From positions 116,622 to 140,621 of the forward strand of contig NZ_JAQYWD010000004.1 in NCBI RefSeq assembly GCF_030145145.1: 24,000 bases of DNA, written 5' to 3'. The position numbers and the translations under genes are program-made. Positions 8,101 to 18,171 of this stretch are shown one piece after another. This stretch comes from Desulfobacula sp. (lineage in GTDB: Bacteria > Desulfobacterota > Desulfobacteria > Desulfobacterales > Desulfobacteraceae). The notes beneath the pieces are model-generated. The model saw nothing but the letters and a program-made list of their open reading frames with translations. It made no database searches and was not told where the DNA came from. How positions within the stretch are numbered: position 1 is the stretch's first letter; every line of letters begins with the position of its first letter.

Positions 8101-8199
8101 CCCCATAAGAATGCTTGGGGTCAGGCTTTCTTTATGGCACTTTTTACCCGTCTGGTCATGAAATAGTGATAAAAAGCACAATAAAAAAAGCCTGACCCC
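8098..8199. repeat. REP/MITE-like palindromic element, copy 1
   Basis: TGACCCCA (8098-8105) / TGGGGTCA (8116-8123) hairpin; outer pair GGGGTCAGGCTTTCTTT (8117-8133) / AAAAAAAGCCTGACCCC (8183-8199), one mismatch. Shares the AAAAGCACAATAA..AAGCCTGACCC segment with the copy near 20.2 kb. May also terminate transcription. Confidence 0.75.
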
Positions 8200-8211
8200 G
8201 TCAAACTTGAG

Positions 8212-10047
8212 TTAATACATGGCTTCGATCAAGTCTTTAAAGGCCTTGTTGACGAATTTTCGTTTGATTTTCATGGTGGGGGTCACCTCCCCGTCTTCTT
8301 CGTACAGCCGCTTGGGCAGAAGGGTAAATTTTCTGATCTGTTCCACCCGGGCAAGGGTTTCATTGACGTTTTTGACCTCCCGGTCAATCAGGGCAATCAC
8401 CTGTTCGTTAGCGGTCAGGTCCTTATAGGTTGAAAACTGGACCTTGTTATCCTGGGCAAACTTCATTACATTGTCATCATCGATCATGACCAGGCAGGAT
8501 AAAAATTTCCGCCTGTCCCCGATGACCACGGCATCATTGATGTAAACACTTGCCTTGAGCTTGTTTTCAATATACTGGGGGGTAATATTTTTACCCCCTG
8601 CCGTAACGATAATGTCTTTTTTGCGGTCGGTAATTTTTAAAAACCCTTCCGCATCCATCTCCCCTACATCTCCTGTATACAGCCAGCCATCCTTAATGGT
8701 TTCAGCCGTTGCATCATCCGCCTTATAATATCCCTTAAACACCCCGGGAGACCGGACCAGGATTTCGCCGTCCTTGGCAATCTTTATCATGACCCCGTCA
8801 AGGGCCCTGCCCACGGTGCCAAACCGCGTCATTTTTTCCGGAGAAAGGGTGGTGACACCGGTTCCCTCGGTCTGGCCATATCCCTCGATCAGGTTCATTC
8901 CAATGGACTGGAAAAACCGCAGCACCTCTTTTGAAATGGGTGCGGCCCCGGAAATCGCTACCCGGATGTTTTCAAAGCCCAGCCGCTCTTTCAGCTTTCT
9001 GAAGACAACCAGCCAGGCCACGGCGTAAGCCCCTTTGAGGAAAAGATTGACCGACGTTGAATTCATGATCCGATCGGCCCGCTTTTCGCCAATTCCCAGG
9101 GCCATATTGAAAACAACCCGCTTGAACCATGTGGCATCTGCCATTTTGATCATGATATTGGAATAATATTTTTCCCAAATTCGTGGAACCGCATATCCTA
9201 TGGTGGGGGAGACTTCCATCATATTTTGCATGACCGTATCCGGTTTTTCCACAAAATTAACCGTATACACAAATTTTATATGGATAAACACAGTGAAAAG
9301 CCGTTCAAAAATATGGCACAACGGCAGAAAAGACAAGACATTGTCTGCCATGTCTATCCGGATGGTCTGGTCCACTGCACCAGCCATCCAGGTGACATTT
9401 TTATGGGTGAGCATGGCCCCTTTGGGCGGCCCTGTGGTTCCGGAGGTATAAATAATCACGGCCGGATCATCCGGGGTAACCCTGGCCTGCCGGTCAACAA
9501 ACAATGTGGCATGGGCTTCATCCGCCTGGTGACCCTTTTCCAGCAACTGATCAAAGGTCATGACCATGGGATCGGTGAAGGTGTTCAATCCCTTGGTATC
9601 CCATACGATGACTTTTTTCAGCAATGGTGAGGTCTCCCGGAACATCAACCACTTGTCCAGCTGCTCTTCATTTTCCACAAACAAAAACCGGGCATCGCTG
9701 TGATTGACCACATACGCCACCTGCTGCCAGGCGTTGGTGGCATAAATTCCCACGGATACGCCACCCACACACTGAATCCCCAGATCGGCCATCACCCATT
9801 CCATGCTGTTGTCACCAATGATACCGACACAGTCCCCTTGCTCAAGGCCCATGGATACAAGGGCACACCCGATTTTTTTGGCCTTATCATGATATGCCTG
9901 CCAGGTAATCTCCTGCCAGAGTCCAATATTTTTTCTCCGCAGGGCTATCTTTGAGCCATGCTGGGCAACCGTCCGGTTAAACACCTGGGGAACGGTCTCA
10001 AATTGGATCTCTACCGGTTTCACCGCCATGCTTTCTTCCTTTTCCAT
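8212..10047 (-). CDS. AMP-forming long-chain fatty-acid--CoA ligase family protein (start may be 10029)
   Basis: 611 aa; 'IIYTSGTTGPPKGAMLTHKN', 'GYGQTEGTG', 'YTGDVGEMDAEGFLKITDRKKDIIVTAGGKNITP' are ANL-superfamily motifs. Confidence 0.93.
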   Translation of the reverse strand: MEKEESMAVKPVEIQFETVPQVFNRTVAQHGSKIALRRKNIGLWQEITWQAYHDKAKKIGCALVSMGLEQGDCVGIIGDNSMEWVMADLGIQCVGGVSVGIYATNAWQQVAYVVNHSDARFLFVENEEQLDKWLMFRETSPLLKKVIVWDTKGLNTFTDPMVMTFDQLLEKGHQADEAHATLFVDRQARVTPDDPAVIIYTSGTTGPPKGAMLTHKNVTWMAGAVDQTIRIDMADNVLSFLPLCHIFERLFTVFIHIKFVYTVNFVEKPDTVMQNMMEVSPTIGYAVPRIWEKYYSNIMIKMADATWFKRVVFNMALGIGEKRADRIMNSTSVNLFLKGAYAVAWLVVFRKLKERLGFENIRVAISGAAPISKEVLRFFQSIGMNLIEGYGQTEGTGVTTLSPEKMTRFGTVGRALDGVMIKIAKDGEILVRSPGVFKGYYKADDATAETIKDGWLYTGDVGEMDAEGFLKITDRKKDIIVTAGGKNITPQYIENKLKASVYINDAVVIGDRRKFLSCLVMIDDDNVMKFAQDNKVQFSTYKDLTANEQVIALIDREVKNVNETLARVEQIRKFTLLPKRLYEEDGEVTPTMKIKRKFVNKAFKDLIEAMY

Positions 10048-10796
10048 CGCTGGTAGCCTTTGGCTGATGTTTCAGATTTTATGCCAAGATAAAACTCTTT
10101 GACATCCTTATCCTCCAGAAGATCTGTTGAGTTGCCTTTCATCACAAACCGGCCGTTTTCAAGGATCAGGCCGGTACCGGATATGGACAGCGCCATATTT
10201 GCATTCTGTTCCACCAGGAGAATGGTGGTGCCTGTCAAATTTATCTCCCGGATAATGGCAAATATCTCTTTGACCAGGATAGGGGACAGGCCCAGGGAGG
10301 GTTCGTCCAGAATCATCAGTCGGGGCCTGAGCATCAATGCCCTGCCAATGGCCAGCATCTGCTGTTCCCCGCCGGAAAGTGTCCCGGCCCACTGGTGGGT
10401 TCTCTGCTTTAAAACCGGAAAATACGCAAACACCTTTTCAATGTCCTGTTTCACCCCTGGGGTATCTTTCCTCAGATACGCCCCCATCAACAGATGTTCG
10501 TGGACAGTAAGTTCTTCAAAAATCTCCCGGCCTTCCGGCACGTAGGCAATGCCTTTCCGGACGATCTCATCCGTATCCCGGTTCTGGATGGGTACCCCGT
10601 CAAATTCAATGACGCCCTTTTCCGGCTGGTCTTTTATCAACGCCATAATGGTCTTTAGAATCGTTGATTTCCCTGCACCGTTATTGCCCAGGATGGCGGT
10701 GATACTGCCCTCTTCCACCGCAAAAGACGCCCCCCGGATGGCATAGACCAGATCATAATAGGTCTCGATATTTTTGACTTCCAGCAACGCTGTCAT
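10020..10796 (-). CDS. livF: Branched-chain amino-acid-type ABC transporter ATP-binding protein (LivF)
   Basis: Walker A 'GNNGAGKST', signature 'LSGGEQQMLAIGRALM', Walker B 'LMILDEPSLGLSP'; gene context. Confidence 0.9.
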   Translation of the reverse strand: MTALLEVKNIETYYDLVYAIRGASFAVEEGSITAILGNNGAGKSTILKTIMALIKDQPEKGVIEFDGVPIQNRDTDEIVRKGIAYVPEGREIFEELTVHEHLLMGAYLRKDTPGVKQDIEKVFAYFPVLKQRTHQWAGTLSGGEQQMLAIGRALMLRPRLMILDEPSLGLSPILVKEIFAIIREINLTGTTILLVEQNANMALSISGTGLILENGRFVMKGNSTDLLEDKDVKEFYLGIKSETSAKGYQRWKRKKAWR

Positions 10797-11578
10797 ACCT
10801 GCTTTTCCTCTCCGATATAGGCTTTCAGGACTTCCGTGTTCTGCTGAACCTGTTCAGGAGTGCCCAGGGTAACCTGCTTTCCAAAATTAATGGCCAGAAC
10901 CCGGGTTGAAATATCCATGACCATTTTCATATCATGCTCAATGAGCAGAATGGATACCCCCAGGTCATCCTGGATATCCTTTATCCAGAAGATCATATCC
11001 TGTTTTTCCTCTGAATTCATTCCCGCACAGGGTTCATCCAGCAGGAGCAGCTCCGGCTCCAGGGCCAGGGCCCTCCCCAATTCAATCAATTTCTGGGTGC
11101 CATAGGGAAGCCCCCCCACAAACGTATCCCGCACATTCTGCAGTTCAAGGAAATCGATAATCCGTTCCACCCGTTCGCGATGCCGGGTTTCTTCTCTGCC
11201 GGCAAATGACGACTTTCCCCACATGACCATTCCCCTGAAAAGTCCTGTTTTCATATGGATATGGCGGCCCAGCAGGATATTTTCCATGGTGTTCATGTGG
11301 GAAAAAAGTTCTATGTTCTGGAAGGTCCGGGCAATGCCCATCCGGGCAATGGCATCGGGTTTTTTGTTTTCAATGGCGGTTTCCTTAAACCGGATACTTC
11401 CCTGATCCGGTTGATACAGACCGGAGATACAATTGAAAAGGGTGGTCTTTCCTGCCCCATTGGGACCGATCACGGAAAAAATCTCACCCTTGTTCATGGT
11501 AAAACCGATATCCTGGAGGGCCTTTATCCCGCCAAAGGAAATAGACAGGTGGTCAACCCGGAAAAAAGGCGCCCCCAT
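10793..11578 (-). CDS. livG: Branched-chain amino-acid-type ABC transporter ATP-binding protein (LivG)
   Basis: Walker A 'GPNGAGKTT', 'LLLLDEPCAGMNSEEK'; the likely start is internal MGAPFFRVDHLSISFGG at 11578 rather than the ORF-track start 11680, which extends into the upstream gene. Confidence 0.9.
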   Translation of the reverse strand: MGAPFFRVDHLSISFGGIKALQDIGFTMNKGEIFSVIGPNGAGKTTLFNCISGLYQPDQGSIRFKETAIENKKPDAIARMGIARTFQNIELFSHMNTMENILLGRHIHMKTGLFRGMVMWGKSSFAGREETRHRERVERIIDFLELQNVRDTFVGGLPYGTQKLIELGRALALEPELLLLDEPCAGMNSEEKQDMIFWIKDIQDDLGVSILLIEHDMKMVMDISTRVLAINFGKQVTLGTPEQVQQNTEVLKAYIGEEKQV

Positions 11579-11579
11579 T

Positions 11580-12776
11580 CTACTTGATATCCATCCAATC
11601 GGTGAGCCTTTTTGCTTTTCCCCCGGCCAGGCACTGCAGCAAAAAGGTCTGGGATGCCCCCTGCCGGGAATACATATCATTCTTGTTGTAGGGTTTGTAA
11701 CTGACTTCCGGACCGATCCCCTTGAATCCGCTTATACTTTCCATGGCCGTAATAAAATTTTCCCGGGTCAAATCCCGACCGCACCGTTTCAATCCTTCAA
11801 TCATGGGCTCAGTAAAAATAATGCCCGCATAATAAAAAACCCCCCATCTTTCGCCCTTGGCAGCATAGGTATCAAACACTTCTTTTTTATACTTATTGAG
11901 CAACGGATACCCTGACTCCGGCAATTCGCCCAGTGTTGCCGTAATGACCCCTTCCCAGAGCCCTTTTGTGATATGCATCATGAAGGGAAAGTCCGATGTG
12001 GTGCTGGTGCTCATGAATTGCGGGGCAAACTTCATGGCCTTGCTGATACCGACAATCCTTGCAGAATGGGGCACTGTTGTCCACATTAAGACCATGTCCG
12101 GTTTGGCTTTTCTCAACTTCATGACATGGGGTTTAAGGTCGGAGTCCTTGGCTTCCATGGAGACCTGGGCCACGGCTTTCAGCCCATGGGCCTTTAATTC
12201 GGCGAGCGCCCCCCGCAGCCCGTTTTTTCCATATTCATCATTGAGGTAAGCAATGGCCACCCGTTTTTTGCCCATGGTCTCAATGGCATATTTTACCAGG
12301 GCCTTTGCCTCACCCACATACAGCGGATATACGGCAAACAGATTTTTCTGGGGCGGATTTACCCAGTGCATGGACCCTGCGGCCGGACCGACCCAGGGCA
12401 CATTTCTTTTGGCCAGGTAATCACGAACCGACAAACCCGGAGAGGTGCCCACACCGCAGGCCCAGGCAAATATACCGGTGCCTTCCTGGAGTTCTTTCAC
12501 CCCGGCCTTTGTCTTGGCCGGATTATATCCGTCATCAAACATGTGATAGACGATTTTCCGGCCATGGATACCGCCATTGTCATTGATCCATTTAAAATAA
12601 TCACCGGTCCCCCTGGCCACATTCCCCCAGGCCGCTGCAGGACCGCTCTGGGGACCCCACTGCCCGAGATGAATTTCCGTATCCGTCACCCCCTCTTCTG
12701 CAAAAAGATCCGGGGTAAAACTCAGTAAAATGGCAAAAAAAACAAATAAAGTAAGCAATAATTTTTTTTTCATCAT
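11580..12776 (-). CDS. ABC transporter periplasmic substrate-binding protein (Liv-type)
   Basis: 398 aa; signal peptide MMKKKLLLTLFVFFAILLSFTPDLFA; 'GVTDTEIHLGQWGPQSGPAAAWG...' typical of type I periplasmic binding family. Confidence 0.9.
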   Translation of the reverse strand: MMKKKLLLTLFVFFAILLSFTPDLFAEEGVTDTEIHLGQWGPQSGPAAAWGNVARGTGDYFKWINDNGGIHGRKIVYHMFDDGYNPAKTKAGVKELQEGTGIFAWACGVGTSPGLSVRDYLAKRNVPWVGPAAGSMHWVNPPQKNLFAVYPLYVGEAKALVKYAIETMGKKRVAIAYLNDEYGKNGLRGALAELKAHGLKAVAQVSMEAKDSDLKPHVMKLRKAKPDMVLMWTTVPHSARIVGISKAMKFAPQFMSTSTTSDFPFMMHITKGLWEGVITATLGELPESGYPLLNKYKKEVFDTYAAKGERWGVFYYAGIIFTEPMIEGLKRCGRDLTRENFITAMESISGFKGIGPEVSYKPYNKNDMYSRQGASQTFLLQCLAGGKAKRLTDWMDIK

Positions 12777-12840
12777 GTCCTCCTTTTTAAATGATCATGG
12801 GTTTATATCATGTTCCTTATTCCCTGATAAACGGCCCTGA

Positions 12841-13716
12841 CTATACCTTTTTCACATAATGCCTGGCAAAAAGGCCACTGGGTCTAATACACAGCACCAG
12901 TACAATGATGACAAACGCCACCACGGTCTTAAACTCGATGGAGACATACCCGCCAAACAGATTTTCAATAATCCCCAGCAGATAGGCCGCCACCACCGCA
13001 CCGGGCAAAGAGGTCATCCCGCCCATGACGGCTGCGGCAAATCCCTTGAGCATGGGATCCCACATCATGTAAGGGTGCATGATGGTCGGGGAAATCAACA
13101 GCCCGGCCACAGCCCCGACAAGGGATGAAATCCCCCAGGTTATCATCAAAATGCGATTTGTCCTGATGCCCACAATTTGTGCCGCCACACGGTTTTGCTG
13201 GGTGGCTTTCATGGCCAGCCCCAGCTTGGTAAATTTAAAAAACAGGAAGAGAACGATCATCAGCAATAATGCCGCCACCAATGTCAGGACTTCAAGCTTA
13301 CTGATAAAGATATCCCGGATGATTAAACTGTCATAGGGCCCTATGGGAAAGGGCATGGTCTTTTGTTCGGCCCCGAATTTCCATGACACAAATCCTAAAA
13401 GGATCATCTCGATACCAATGGTGATAACAATCATCCCAAGGACATTGGGTTCTTTTGCCCGCCGGAGGATAGCAAATTCCAGGAAACACCCCAGTAAAAC
13501 GGCAAACACAAGGGTGAAAAAAAAGGCCAGGTACACTGACAGGTGAAAAGAGGTGAGGAGCATCATGGCAAAAAAGGACGAAATCAGGGCCATTTCCCCC
13601 TGGGCAAAATTCGGCACTTCAGATGTTTTATAAATAATGACCATGGCCAGTCCCATCAATGCATAGGAGCTTCCCACGGCAATGCCGCTGACAATCATCT
13701 GGATAAAATCTATCAT
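12841..13716 (-). CDS. livH: Liv-type ABC transporter permease (LivH)
   Basis: 291 aa hydrophobic; 'GIAVGSSYALMGLAMVIIYKTSEVPNFAQGEMALISSFFA' LivH signature. Confidence 0.92.
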   Translation of the reverse strand: MIDFIQMIVSGIAVGSSYALMGLAMVIIYKTSEVPNFAQGEMALISSFFAMMLLTSFHLSVYLAFFFTLVFAVLLGCFLEFAILRRAKEPNVLGMIVITIGIEMILLGFVSWKFGAEQKTMPFPIGPYDSLIIRDIFISKLEVLTLVAALLLMIVLFLFFKFTKLGLAMKATQQNRVAAQIVGIRTNRILMITWGISSLVGAVAGLLISPTIMHPYMMWDPMLKGFAAAVMGGMTSLPGAVVAAYLLGIIENLFGGYVSIEFKTVVAFVIIVLVLCIRPSGLFARHYVKKV

Positions 13717-13807
13717 TCAGGCTCCTTTTATCTGAAAAACCGGTTACGCCTTGACATCAAGCGTCTTTCATATTTTGTTGTCACAGGGTGACCTGCCATG
13801 GCCGGTA

Positions 13808-14881
13808 TTAAAACGGCCAGGTTCGCCAGTATTTTTTCGTTCGAATCCATACGCCATAGAGCCCCAGGGGTTCAAACAGCATGATCAGGACCATGATGGA
13901 CCCAAACACAATAAACTGGATATTCGAGACACCGGTGATGGAAAACCAATTTTGAGAAAGGGTTTCCAGCCAGTCCCCGATATAGGGAATATCCAGAATA
14001 TTCCGTAATTTCAGGTCCAGCCAGCAAAGCAATGCAGCACCGGCTATGGAACCCATCATGGACCCTAAGCCGCCCACCACCACCATGGCCAGAAACATAA
14101 TGGACATCATCAGGGTGAAAATTTCAGGTTCAATAAACTTTAAGACAAAGGCATACAAACCACCGGCCATACCGGCATAAAAAGCACTGACGGCAAAGGC
14201 CAGGGTTTTATAATACACGATATTCACCCCCATGGTCTGGGCGGCGATATCGGCGTCCCGGATGGCAATAAATGCCCGTCCCACCCGTGTCTTGATAAGG
14301 TTCCGCATGAACAGCAGCAACAGAATGGTCAGGGTAATCAACAGAAAATAAAACTCTTTATCCGTATCCAGAACCCAGGAACCAATGATAATGTCCGGTG
14401 CATGGAGACCTTCCCTGCCACCGAAAATCTCCATCCGGCCGATGATCTGGGTAATGGTCAATCCAAACCCCAGTGTGGCAATGGCCAGGTAGGGTCCCTC
14501 AAGCCGGAGGGCCGGCAGTCCCAGTAAAAACCCAAACCCGGCGGCAACAAGAGCGGCACATGGCAGGGCCAGGAGAAAAGGAACGCCTGCCTTGGCCATC
14601 AGAATAATCGTGCCATAGGCACCAATGGCAAAAAAACCGGCATGACCCAGGGAAATCTGACCGGTATAGCCGACCAGAAGGTTCAGGCCGGTTGCCACGA
14701 TAATATTAATGGCAATATAGTTGGCCACATACACATAATAATTGTCTACAAACAAGGGAAAAAGATAAAGAGATACTATCAAGACAACAAACCAGAAAAT
14801 AACGACCGGTGAGGACAAAAGCTGTATATCCTCATAATACTCTCTTTTCATATCCATGGAAAACAATCCTTTTATGGTCAA
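13808..14881 (-). CDS. livM: Liv-type ABC transporter permease (LivM)
   Basis: 357 aa hydrophobic; 'GYTGQISLGHAGFFAIGAYG' and 'VVVGGLGSMMGSIAGA' LivM signatures. Confidence 0.92.
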   Translation of the reverse strand: MTIKGLFSMDMKREYYEDIQLLSSPVVIFWFVVLIVSLYLFPLFVDNYYVYVANYIAINIIVATGLNLLVGYTGQISLGHAGFFAIGAYGTIILMAKAGVPFLLALPCAALVAAGFGFLLGLPALRLEGPYLAIATLGFGLTITQIIGRMEIFGGREGLHAPDIIIGSWVLDTDKEFYFLLITLTILLLLFMRNLIKTRVGRAFIAIRDADIAAQTMGVNIVYYKTLAFAVSAFYAGMAGGLYAFVLKFIEPEIFTLMMSIMFLAMVVVGGLGSMMGSIAGAALLCWLDLKLRNILDIPYIGDWLETLSQNWFSITGVSNIQFIVFGSIMVLIMLFEPLGLYGVWIRTKKYWRTWPF

Positions 14882-15273
14882 TGGCCGGATAAAACGATCT
14901 ATATTACTACTTATTTTTAAGCTTATGGGTTGTCAAGCAAAAAGAAAAGAAGCTTCAAATAATAAACAAGGTTTAGATTTCGCATATTCAGCGAAAAAAT
15001 ATCGTCACCTGGAAAATCGCCTGGGATGACCTGTCTTTTTGATGGGCCCATTAATTCCTTGACAGATGAAATAATTATCAATAAACTATAATAAACGTTG
15101 TATTTCATTTCTCATTGATCTCATTCATTTGAACCGTCTGACGATTTTAATGTTTCGTTCTATGTGCGATATGCTCGCATTTGTTTCAGACCATTTGTTT
15201 TCATTTAGTGTAAATTCGTCATTGTTTAAAAACACAATAGTGTTATCCGCTCTATAATTTTAAGGAGAGACAG

Positions 15274-16542
15274 ATGAAATCATTTGCAACAATTCTAATT
15301 CTAATCATTTTTTCATTGGGATTTTGGGCCTGCAGCAGTGAGCCGGTGGTTGATATTGCCGCCATAACATCCCAGCCAAAAGGCTTTGTGGGTTCCGACA
15401 CATGCAAAATGTGCCATCTGGAGCATTTTGATTCCTGGAAGATGACCCTGCACAGCCGCATGCTTCAGGATGCAAAAGCCAACGAGGATGCCATTATTGT
15501 TCCCATAGACGAAAAAACCATCCGCGGGGACCTGGCTAAACTCAGTGACAAACTAAAGGTTCCGGCCGATAAAATTTATGTACCGAAAAAAGAGGAGATC
15601 CTCTACACCATCGGCAGTCAATGGAAGCAACGATACCTGGTGAAAAAGAATGATATCTTGTATATTTCGCCCATTCAGTACAATGCCGATACCCACCGGT
15701 GGGTCAATTACCATGAGCAGGACTGGGACAAAAGACCCTGGCTGTTAAAATGCGGGGGCTGCCACGCAACGGGCGCGGATATTGCGAACGGCACCTTCAA
15801 AGAGCCCGGAGTTGCCTGTGAGGCCTGTCACGGAAAAGGATCATGGCACGCAGCGCTCCCAAAAACTGCGGTGTTTGAAAAACGAAATACCATCGTCAAC
15901 CCGGCCAAACTGACCATGGGGGTGGCTGCACAAATCTGCGGATCCTGCCATAACCGGGGCAAGGCAACCATGCAAAAAGGCGGGGGATGGCCGGTGGGGT
16001 ATGAGCCGGGCAAGGCCCTTGCCGCCTATTATGAATCAACTTCCTTTGAGGCAGGGGATGTAAAACATGTCTATGCCAACGAATTTTCCAAAGGACATCA
16101 TCAGCAATTTATTGACTGGCAGCAGTCCAAGCATTCAACAGAAGGTGTCACTTGTACCTCCTGCCACTATGTTCACCAGATCGGCATGCCCCAGACCCGG
16201 TCACAAACATCAAAATCCGGTTCCATGCAATGTTTTCAGTGTCATGTACAGGTGAATACCAACATGGCCCATTCCATCCACTCGTTTGCCAATTGTGTTG
16301 GCTGCCACATGCCAAGAATCGCCAAGAGTGCTGAATCCGGGGATATTCGCAGCCATGTTTTCGTCACCCTGCTGCCGGAAGATACCCTGAAGAACCCAAA
16401 GGTGCCCAACTCGTGCCAGACCTGTCACAAGCATAAAAATGATGATTTACAGGAACTTCAGTCCAACTGGAAAAAACTGGCAACCCTTCCGAAACCAGTG
16501 GGTAAGGCCATAGATCCTGTTGAATACAGGTATACGCGGTAA
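15274..16542 (+). CDS. Multihaem (8 CXXCH) cytochrome c lipoprotein
   Basis: 422 aa; lipobox-like 'SLGFWACSS'; CXXCH motifs CKMCH, CGGCH, CEACH, CGSCH, CTSCH, CFQCH, CVGCH, CQTCH; RBS AAGGAG. Confidence 0.92.
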   Translation: MKSFATILILIIFSLGFWACSSEPVVDIAAITSQPKGFVGSDTCKMCHLEHFDSWKMTLHSRMLQDAKANEDAIIVPIDEKTIRGDLAKLSDKLKVPADKIYVPKKEEILYTIGSQWKQRYLVKKNDILYISPIQYNADTHRWVNYHEQDWDKRPWLLKCGGCHATGADIANGTFKEPGVACEACHGKGSWHAALPKTAVFEKRNTIVNPAKLTMGVAAQICGSCHNRGKATMQKGGGWPVGYEPGKALAAYYESTSFEAGDVKHVYANEFSKGHHQQFIDWQQSKHSTEGVTCTSCHYVHQIGMPQTRSQTSKSGSMQCFQCHVQVNTNMAHSIHSFANCVGCHMPRIAKSAESGDIRSHVFVTLLPEDTLKNPKVPNSCQTCHKHKNDDLQELQSNWKKLATLPKPVGKAIDPVEYRYTR

Positions 16543-16559
16543 CCGCACAGGGGGCTGAT

Positions 16560-17264
16560 ATGACGCTTAAACATATAATTTTTAAACCCCTCATATGCTT
16601 TGCACTCCCCATGGTAACATGTGTGTTCATTGTATCCGGTATAGGCTGGGGACAGGAGGAGACAGCCTCCTTCATTAGGCGGTATAAACAATATGAAGTG
16701 AGCTCCGGTTATTATGAACAATACGAAGTCAAGCCTCGTCACGAGCGGCCCTTTGTAGAGATACCAGGTGTTCGAACCGGACGGTTTCCCTATAGTCCTT
16801 CAGGGGCTGCTGTCAGGTTCAATGCCCGGCGGGCGGATGCCCACCAGGGCATCCGGTTTTATGAAAACCGGCGGTGCGAAGACTGCCATATGGCCCAAAC
16901 TCTTGATCTGCATACGATCAGGGCAAACCTCACCTGTCGACAATGCCATGGGGGGGAACCCATTGCCAACAATGATCATTATTTTTCACCCATGAACCCC
17001 ATCAGACGGCATGCATATGTGTGTTCAAAATGTCACCAGGGGGCAAGTGCCGCTTATTCAGCCTATGTGATACATGAACCCAACCCGTCTCTGATGGCTA
17101 CCCAGGAATCATTTCCGGTCCTGTTTTATGCGTTCTGGATCATGATTGGCATTGCTGTGGGGACCTTTGCTGTATTCCTTCCCCATACGATTTTATGGGG
17201 GATTCGTGAACTGTTTTTCAAAAAGGAAACAACCGTGGAGGCGCCCCATGAAAAACAGACTTAA
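16560..17264 (+). CDS. Membrane-anchored trihaem cytochrome c
   Basis: 234 aa; N-terminal hydrophobic segment, three CXXCH motifs (CEDCH, CRQCH, CSKCH), C-terminal TM segment 'FYAFWIMIGIAVGTFAVFLPHTIL'. Confidence 0.88.
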   Translation: MTLKHIIFKPLICFALPMVTCVFIVSGIGWGQEETASFIRRYKQYEVSSGYYEQYEVKPRHERPFVEIPGVRTGRFPYSPSGAAVRFNARRADAHQGIRFYENRRCEDCHMAQTLDLHTIRANLTCRQCHGGEPIANNDHYFSPMNPIRRHAYVCSKCHQGASAAYSAYVIHEPNPSLMATQESFPVLFYAFWIMIGIAVGTFAVFLPHTILWGIRELFFKKETTVEAPHEKQT

Positions 17265-18069
17265 AAGATTTACCCCGGTTCAGCGTATTTTTCATGCCGT
17301 ACTCATGCTCAGTTTCATATTCATGGGTGCAACAGGTCTCTCGCGCATGTATATGAATACTCCCTGGGGAAAATGGATGGGCTCCCTTTTTGGCGGATAT
17401 GACGTCAGCCTTGCAGCCCATAAGTATGTAGGCATTTGCATGATCATCGGATTTCTGATCCATTTTTTATATCTGATGATAAAAATCAACTGGTTGAATT
17501 TCCCCAAAAGTGTTATCGGACCGGATTCACTGCTGCCCAGACCCAAAGATATGACTGATTTTTTCCAGCACATCGGATGGTTCTTTGGTGCGAAAAAGCT
17601 TCCCGAGTTTGACCGGTGGGGATACTGGGAGAAATTTGACTACTGGGCTGTTTTCTGGGGCATGGCCATCATTGGTGTTACCGGGTTGATGATGGCGTTC
17701 CCTCTTTTTGCCACGCGATACATGCCAGGATGGGGATTAAATGTCGCTTTCTGGATACACCGGATTGAAGCGATTCTTGCCATGGCCCATGTGTTTATCA
17801 TCCATTTTTTCATAGCCCATCTTCGGCGCCATCATTTTCCCATGGATCGTGCCATGTTTGAAGGCAGTTCAGACCTGGCAACCATAAAAAGTGAAAAGGC
17901 TGCGTGGCTGGACCGCCTGAAAAACAGCGGGGAGCTCGAAGGAATGCTGGTGGCACAGGCAGCCCCCTTGAGACGAGTTGTTTTTTATTGTTTCGGGTAT
18001 GCCGTGGTGGCATCAGGATTGTTTCTTCTGATCGGGGCATTGGTCAATTTCAGATTTATCCTCTGGTAG
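17248..18069 (+). CDS. Membrane cytochrome b (formate dehydrogenase gamma/cytochrome b561-like)
   Basis: Start set at internal MKNRLKRFTPVQRIFHAVLMLSFI (17248), overlapping the previous gene by 17 bp; several TM helices with His residues (RIFHAVL, AAHKYVG, WIHRIEAILAMAHVFIIHFF). Confidence 0.85.
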   Translation: MKNRLKRFTPVQRIFHAVLMLSFIFMGATGLSRMYMNTPWGKWMGSLFGGYDVSLAAHKYVGICMIIGFLIHFLYLMIKINWLNFPKSVIGPDSLLPRPKDMTDFFQHIGWFFGAKKLPEFDRWGYWEKFDYWAVFWGMAIIGVTGLMMAFPLFATRYMPGWGLNVAFWIHRIEAILAMAHVFIIHFFIAHLRRHHFPMDRAMFEGSSDLATIKSEKAAWLDRLKNSGELEGMLVAQAAPLRRVVFYCFGYAVVASGLFLLIGALVNFRFILW

Positions 18070-18171
18070 TGCACCGCTGGACCCATCCTCCTGCAGACCC
18101 GGCATTTAACGCCCTGGTTAAGTAAACGCCACCCCCCTTTCAGATGGATCTTCGGCAAAAATGGGGTCAAT

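Noticed and set aside
15253-15258. Perfect TATAAT before the 8-haem cytochrome gene
   Set aside because: It lies only a few bases upstream of the AAGGAG ribosome-binding site and has no well-spaced -35, so it is unlikely to be the functional -10.
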